Positions 59,899 through 64,000 of a stretch of 64,000 nt of DNA are shown here, piece by piece (the stretch's first letter is position 1; each line of letters begins with the position of its first letter). A program made the translations under genes and the position numbers. Source of the DNA: a virus. The DNA is taken from the IMG/VR virus record IMGVR_UViG_3300037474_000073; one strand, given 5' to 3'. The notes beneath the pieces were generated by a model. The model was not told the DNA's origin. It searched no databases and saw only the letters and a list, made by a program, of their open reading frames with translations.

Positions 59899-60156
59899 GC
59901 TTTCCAGGTCAGCGGCGAACGTCCACATGGGCGGCGTGAGCCAGCGTCCGACGCGCGTGGTCCCGGTGCGTGACCGGTTACGGGGCACTAACTCCATACT
60001 TCAAGGCGCGGGTCGTCGGTGTTTTCCGCACTCATATCCACCGCAAGGCGGCCGATCCGGAACTGCAATTCCGGGGAGCCTGTCCTGCCCGCGCCGTGAC
60101 CCGACGAGAGCCGGGTCGGATCAGGGAGCGTGCCGGTCCGGCTCGGCTCTTTCCAT

Positions 60157-60194
60157 GCAAGCTACTTGCGTGATCCGCCACGTGGGGGTACAGT
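60157..60194 (+). promoter_or_regulatory. conserved promoter/operator module
   Basis: GCAAGCTACTTGC 60157-60169 containing -35 TTGCGT (60166-60171), a 17-bp spacer, then GTGGGGGTACAGT 60182-60194. ATG 60201 lies 6 nt after the -10. Confidence 0.65.
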
Positions 60195-60200
60195 AGGGGC

Positions 60201-60449
60201 ATGACGAAGACAGAGGTCGCCCGACTTGCCATCCTCTCGGTTTCCGAAGATCGGGACAGGGTGCGCCCCTCACACCTGACGATCATGGAAATCTGCCGGA
60301 CGCTCAAGCTGTCCACCGATGAGGCGGTTTCTCTGCGGGCGACCGTCGTCACCGACTGGCTGCTCGAAGAGAACGAGGAACGTCGCGACCTGCTTCATCT
60401 CGCTAAGACCGTGATCAACCAGTACGCCCGCGACTACAGCCTTCGCTGA
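60201..60449 (+). CDS. hypothetical protein (82 aa), leaderless, possible HTH
   Basis: No room for an SD. Contains IMEICRTLKLSTDEAVSLRATV. Confidence 0.6.
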   Translation: MTKTEVARLAILSVSEDRDRVRPSHLTIMEICRTLKLSTDEAVSLRATVVTDWLLEENEERRDLLHLAKTVINQYARDYSLR

Positions 60450-60458
60450 GAGGTTTAC

Positions 60459-60854
60459 ATGAACCGCCTTAAGTCGTCAGGCTCGTGCCGTATTTGCCGT
60501 ACCTGGCTCGAGGGCGAGTGGGCGAACTCCAGAATCGCAGCGGTGCGCGCCGAGATCGAACGGCAGATGGCGGCCGGCATCTGTGACGGATGCCAGCGTA
60601 AGCGGCAGCTTGCCGCGCGGGAGTACATCGCCGCCTCGGATGACGTGCGCCTGTGGTTCCAGGTGCTGACCGCGCTCGGTTACCGCACGCCCGAGCAGTA
60701 CGCGAACGGTATGCCGGACGCCATGATCACCCGTGTCAAGACCGCCGAGGAGAGGTGTATCTCCCTCGGCATGTGGTCTCGGCATCGGGGAGCGGACGTC
60801 CCGGAACGGTTCCGGGAGCCGCCGAAGTATCGACCGAGGGAGACGCAATGCTGA
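60459..60854 (+). CDS. zinc-ribbon-like protein (131 aa)
   Basis: Contains CRIC ... CDGC. Confidence 0.55.
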   Translation: MNRLKSSGSCRICRTWLEGEWANSRIAAVRAEIERQMAAGICDGCQRKRQLAAREYIAASDDVRLWFQVLTALGYRTPEQYANGMPDAMITRVKTAEERCISLGMWSRHRGADVPERFREPPKYRPRETQC

Positions 60855-61696
60855 CCATTCCTACGAGTGAGCTGATCGGTCTGCTGACCGACGTGCTCGG
60901 ATTCGTTCCGGTCGTCAAGGACGACCCGCGCCACGGTGTGCTGATCGAGTGGGACGGCGACGCCCTGCACGCCAGCGCCTACGACGTGCTGTCCGCCGGC
61001 CGTTCGACCTGGACGCCGGGCGAGGGTCTGGAAGGTACGACGGAGATCGACGAGAACGACACGATCCGTCCCAACTGGGGCGGCGACGACCCCGCCTGGA
61101 AGGCGTTCGTGTCGCTCGACGACGTGAAGGACATCGTCAAGACGTTCAAGGTCGCGAACAAGCTCTGGTGGCTCCCGCTCTCGGTGAAGATCTCACCGAC
61201 CGGCGGCAAGCTGACGGTGGAGCGTGCCGGCGACTTCGGCAAGCCTGCCGCCCTCGTGACCGTCGCCGTCGACCACGACGTGACCGCCAAGTTCCCCGAC
61301 GTACGCAAGGCATTCGAGGGGATGTACGACGAGTGGCACGCGCTGGACGACACGATCGACACGATCACGTTCAGCCCGTACCGCCTCGCCGCGTTCGGCA
61401 CGGTCCGCTCTCACGGCACGCTCGTGCTGAGATTCGCCGGCGAGCAGGGCGCGGTGTCCGCGTCGATGGGCAGCCGCTTCATCGGGTTCATCTTCCCGGC
61501 CGGCGCGCGCATCGCCGAGGCGTCCGCGATCCTGAACGCGGCCGGCGACCAGGCGGGTTCCGATCTCCTGCGCCACGGCACCGGCGTCCACACCAGCACG
61601 GTGCCCGAGCAAGATGCCAGGGACGACGGCCCGGCAAGCGACACGTCTCTGGATCCGTCCGACGAGGATGACGACAACGGATCGCAGTTCGACTAG
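60848..61696 (+). CDS. sliding-clamp-like (DnaN-like) protein, short form with acidic tail
   Basis: Trimmed to the ATG after GAGGGAGACGCA. MLTIPTSELIGLLTDVL...GVLIEWDGDALHASAYD...AKFPDVRKAF...GFIFPAG parallels the clamp motifs of 49837-51018. 282 aa. Confidence 0.45.
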   Translation: MLTIPTSELIGLLTDVLGFVPVVKDDPRHGVLIEWDGDALHASAYDVLSAGRSTWTPGEGLEGTTEIDENDTIRPNWGGDDPAWKAFVSLDDVKDIVKTFKVANKLWWLPLSVKISPTGGKLTVERAGDFGKPAALVTVAVDHDVTAKFPDVRKAFEGMYDEWHALDDTIDTITFSPYRLAAFGTVRSHGTLVLRFAGEQGAVSASMGSRFIGFIFPAGARIAEASAILNAAGDQAGSDLLRHGTGVHTSTVPEQDARDDGPASDTSLDPSDEDDDNGSQFD

Positions 61697-61772
61697 CCCG
61701 CACACGACGGAGGGGCGGACCCGTGGAGGTTCCGCCCCTCATCGATCCCGAGAGAGATGAGAGAACCATACC

Positions 61773-62912
61773 GTGAGCACCTCAGAGATTCCTGACACCG
61801 TCACCGGATGGTTCGGCGACGACCCTACTCGGCTGTGGCTGCTGGTCGTACCGACCGCCCTCGCCATCGTCATCGGGTGGCGTCTGATCCGGTTCGCCCG
61901 CGGTGGTCGCCCCGATGCACGGGTGACGCTGGTCGCCACCCTGATCGGTCTCGGCTGGTCGGCGCAGGGCATGTGGGACACCGCCGTGCACCACTACAGT
62001 GTGGCGCCGATCCTGGCCGCCGTGCTGTTCCTGCTCTTCGAGTCGTTCATGGTCGGCAACATGCTGCGCGCCGCCCGCTACCGCACCGACCGGGTACGCC
62101 GAGCGCGCCCGGTCCGATTCGTGTGGCTGACCGCGGTCGTGATGGGCGTGATCGTCGCTCTCGCCGAAGGTGCCGGGCAGGCGCCGTTGCGGCTCGCCGT
62201 CCCGTTGTTGGTCGCCGGCAACTGGTGGATTGAGCTCGTCGCCGACGACGACCCTGCCGACAAGCTGAGCACCTCGTGGAAATGGACGCCGCGCCGCCTC
62301 GGTCTCGCGCTCGGGCTGCTCGAGCCCGGCGCCAAGGACGCGGTCACGATCGACCGAGACCGGCTGACCGCCAAGCTGACCGCGCTGCGTTTCCGTCAGC
62401 GCTACGGCTGGACCTGGCTCGGTGACGTGACCGGTCGCTCGCGCCGGATCGCCCGCCTGGGCCTGCTCGCCGATGACGCGATCGTGACCGAGTCGGACCT
62501 GCGCCTGCAGCGCGCCGCCCGGCTGATGGGTGACGAACCGGTGCCGCCGGCCGACCAGCCCGCGCCCGAGTCGCACCCGACGATGCCCGAGCAGCCCGCA
62601 CCGCCCGCCCGTGTTCCCGCACCGACACCCGAGCCCGAGCCCGAGCCCGAGCCCGCCCCGACCGAGGGCACCCCGCTTCCGCAGGGCGTCCACATCCGCG
62701 CCGGCCGCACGTTACGTGGCGCGGCCCTGCGTGCCGACGCCGCTGCCCGGTTGCAGGCGTCCATCGGTGCCGAGCGCCCGCGCGGCATGACCACCGCCGA
62801 GCTCGCCGCGCTCTATACGCCGCCACTCAAGGTCCGCACCGCCGAGGCGATCGCCGCCGAGGCGCGCAAGTCGCTACCGGTCAACGGTCACCGGTTCGCC
62901 GACGCGAACTGA
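61773..62912 (+). CDS. polytopic membrane protein (379 aa), DUF2637/Spd-like candidate, Pro-rich linker
   Basis: GTG after CCGAGAGAGATGAGAGAA. About 4 N-terminal TM helices, a PEPEPEPEP linker and a C-terminal helical region. Confidence 0.6.
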   Translation: MSTSEIPDTVTGWFGDDPTRLWLLVVPTALAIVIGWRLIRFARGGRPDARVTLVATLIGLGWSAQGMWDTAVHHYSVAPILAAVLFLLFESFMVGNMLRAARYRTDRVRRARPVRFVWLTAVVMGVIVALAEGAGQAPLRLAVPLLVAGNWWIELVADDDPADKLSTSWKWTPRRLGLALGLLEPGAKDAVTIDRDRLTAKLTALRFRQRYGWTWLGDVTGRSRRIARLGLLADDAIVTESDLRLQRAARLMGDEPVPPADQPAPESHPTMPEQPAPPARVPAPTPEPEPEPEPAPTEGTPLPQGVHIRAGRTLRGAALRADAAARLQASIGAERPRGMTTAELAALYTPPLKVRTAEAIAAEARKSLPVNGHRFADAN

Positions 62913-62922
62913 CAGACACAGA

Positions 62923-62955
62923 GCAGCCCCCGACCTGAGCAAGGTCGGGGGCTGC
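62923..62955. terminator. bidirectional stem-loop between convergent genes
   Basis: GCAGCCCCCGACC-tgagcaa-GGTCGGGGGCTGC, a 13-bp perfect stem, then TTCGT. Confidence 0.7.
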
Positions 62956-62968
62956 TTCGTGCGGTAGC

Positions 62969-63193
62969 TCAGTACGGATAGACCTTGCGCAGGGCCGTCC
63001 GCATCCGAGAGATCATGTCTTCGGTCGCCGCGCTGTCCTCAGGGTCGCCCATCTCGACGATGCCTGCGGTGATGTCCAGGAAGTCGCAGAGCAACTGAGC
63101 CTGGCTTTCGTTGACGACGATCGTGACGTCGCCGTACTCGTTCTTCTCAATGTCGATGGTGTCGGTGTCCGCGAGGTTGCTCATGCCTGTCAT
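62969..63193 (-). CDS. acidic hypothetical protein (74 aa)
   Basis: Trimmed to the ATG that overlaps the stop of the zinc-finger ORF (ATGA). Confidence 0.55.
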   Translation of the reverse strand: MTGMSNLADTDTIDIEKNEYGDVTIVVNESQAQLLCDFLDITAGIVEMGDPEDSAATEDMISRMRTALRKVYPY

Positions 63194-63342
63194 CCGTTCT
63201 GCGAGTTGACGTCGTGGTCGGTCCTGAGCTCGTGACGCTCGAGTTCGTCGCGGGTCGCATATCCGGCGCCGCACTCGTCGCACTCGTACTTGATCCTGCC
63301 GCGCCCGGTCTGTGCGTCGCTGATGCGCTGGGTCTCGGTCAT
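63190..63342 (-). CDS. 50-aa C2H2-type zinc-finger protein, leaderless
   Basis: MTETQRISDAQTGRGRIKYECDECGAGYATRDELERHELRTDHDVNSQNG (C-X2-C-X12-H-X5-H). ATG 63342 lies 6 nt after the -10. Below the track cutoff. Confidence 0.5.
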   Translation of the reverse strand: MTETQRISDAQTGRGRIKYECDECGAGYATRDELERHELRTDHDVNSQNG

Positions 63343-63348
63343 AGCTCT

Positions 63349-63412
63349 ACTGTACCCCCACCCCCTAAGTTATGCAAGCTACTTGCGCAGACGGGTAGGG
63401 TGGGGGTACAGT
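63349..63412. promoter_or_regulatory. near mirror-symmetric divergent promoter/operator
   Basis: ACTGTACCCCCAC 63349-63361, 12 bp, GCAAGCTACTTGC 63374-63386, 13 bp, GTGGGGGTACAGT 63400-63412. -35 TTGCAT (leftward, 17-bp spacer) and TTGCGC (rightward, 18 bp) lie within the palindrome. Confidence 0.65.
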
Positions 63413-63442
63413 AGTCGTATCACCGAGAGAGAGCAGGACACG

Positions 63443-63895
63443 ATGAACAAGCCGATCACCTTCCAGGTCGTCAAGGGCACGAACGTCCGGCGCAACGCCG
63501 AGACCGGCCTCGAGATCCACCGCGACTGCGACGGTTTCACGTTCTTCTCCCGCCAGCGTGACGGCTCCCTCGCCTACTGGGGCGAGGAGTACAGCCTGCG
63601 CGAGGCGCTCGCCGAGGGCCGCGAGAAGGTCCAGATGATCCGCGACCACATCGACATGGACCACGAGGATGCGCTCGAGATGGAGCAGGAGCGGACGCTG
63701 GCGCACATCACCGAGGTCGCCGCCGCAAACGACCTCCCCCGCAGGGCGCGCGAGCTCGCCGAGGGCATCTACATCAAGGCGATCAACTTTCGCAAGGGCG
63801 GCGAGTACGGCAAGGCGATCGGCTATCTGAACGCCGCAGTCGTCAGCATCGACAAGAGCGCCGAGGCATACGCCTTCATGGCAGGCACCCGATGA
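63443..63895 (+). CDS. hypothetical protein (150 aa)
   Basis: Trimmed from track start 63290 to the ATG after CCGAGAGAGAGCAGGA. Confidence 0.6.
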   Translation: MNKPITFQVVKGTNVRRNAETGLEIHRDCDGFTFFSRQRDGSLAYWGEEYSLREALAEGREKVQMIRDHIDMDHEDALEMEQERTLAHITEVAAANDLPRRARELAEGIYIKAINFRKGGEYGKAIGYLNAAVVSIDKSAEAYAFMAGTR

Positions 63896-63972
63896 GCTTC
63901 CCCGTCGTGGCGATCGCCCTGGGCACGCTCGGGGCGATCCTGGCCGTCATCAACATCATCCGTCACCGCTGA
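63892..63972 (+). CDS. micro-ORF, 26-aa single-TM peptide
   Basis: MSFPVVAIALGTLGAILAVINIIRHR. ATGA overlap with the upstream stop. Followed by CCGAGAGAGCGAGAGAG and an ATG at 63995 that the window end cuts off. Confidence 0.4.
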   Translation: MSFPVVAIALGTLGAILAVINIIRHR

Positions 63973-64000
63973 CCCGAGAGAGCGAGAGAGATCATGCTTC

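Larger units (their letters stand above)
1..64000. mobile_element. Segment of a high-GC actinobacterial tailed-phage (siphovirus-type) genome or prophage
   Basis: Contiguous TerS/TerL-portal-protease-scaffold-capsid-connector-major tail-chaperone-tape measure-minor tail-lysis order on the minus strand, plus phage-type replication/recombination genes. No host-like genes at either edge. Confidence 0.9.

Noticed and set aside
59852-60196. 114-aa plus-strand ORF in the spacer after the HTH gene
   Set aside because: Low GC3, an R/G/S-rich product, overlap with the end of the upstream gene, and it runs through the promoter module at 60157-60194.
62628-62654. (CCCGAG)n as an independent tandem-repeat locus
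   Set aside because: Only about 4 units, and they are in frame within a Pro/Glu linker of gene 61773-62912. Noted under that gene instead.

Overview
The whole 64-kb window is high-GC (about two thirds G+C by eye) actinobacterial tailed-phage or prophage DNA. I saw no rRNA, CRISPR, transposase, integrase or partition genes. On the minus strand, read from high to low coordinates, there is first an early replication and recombination region (59440 to 34589). It encodes a YqaJ-like exonuclease, an ERF annealase, a DnaQ-like exonuclease, C5 and amino DNA methyltransferases, a beta sliding clamp, a DUF3987-type helicase, SSB and many small ORFs. The late region follows (33602 to 4776): HNH, TerS, TerL, portal, protease/MuF, scaffold, capsid, connectors, major tail, chaperones, a 1246-aa tape measure, minor tails and a five-gene lysis cassette. 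Plus-strand blocks at both edges (59560-64000 and 2-4710) hold regulators, a second clamp-like protein, a polytopic membrane protein, an FtsK/TraB-like translocase and small membrane proteins. Eight things look most worth a second look. (1) The translocase gene is followed at once by a helically phased array of the 8-mer CTGACACC, which resembles a clt/KOPS locus. (2) A composite promoter/operator module (GCAAG-N3-CTTGC plus GTGGGGGTACAGT) recurs at eight sites. Four of the associated promoters place an ATG exactly 6 nt after the -10, which implies leaderless mRNAs, and one site is a near mirror-symmetric divergent control region. (3) An iteron plus AT-rich origin-like region sits beside the helicase gene. 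(4) A 331-bp structured non-coding region ends in a tRNA-like T-arm/acceptor module. (5) A signal-peptide neprosin-like glutamic peptidase and an antisense gene are inserted between TerL and portal. (6) A membrane-anchored globin lies next to the packaging genes. (7) A low-GC leaderless moron has its own promoter and terminator. (8) At least nine ORFs below the 60-aa track cutoff are embedded by 1-4 nt start/stop overlaps. All family assignments rest on motifs read by eye, not on database searches. Many track ORFs are off-frame artefacts of the high GC content, and several starts were trimmed accordingly.
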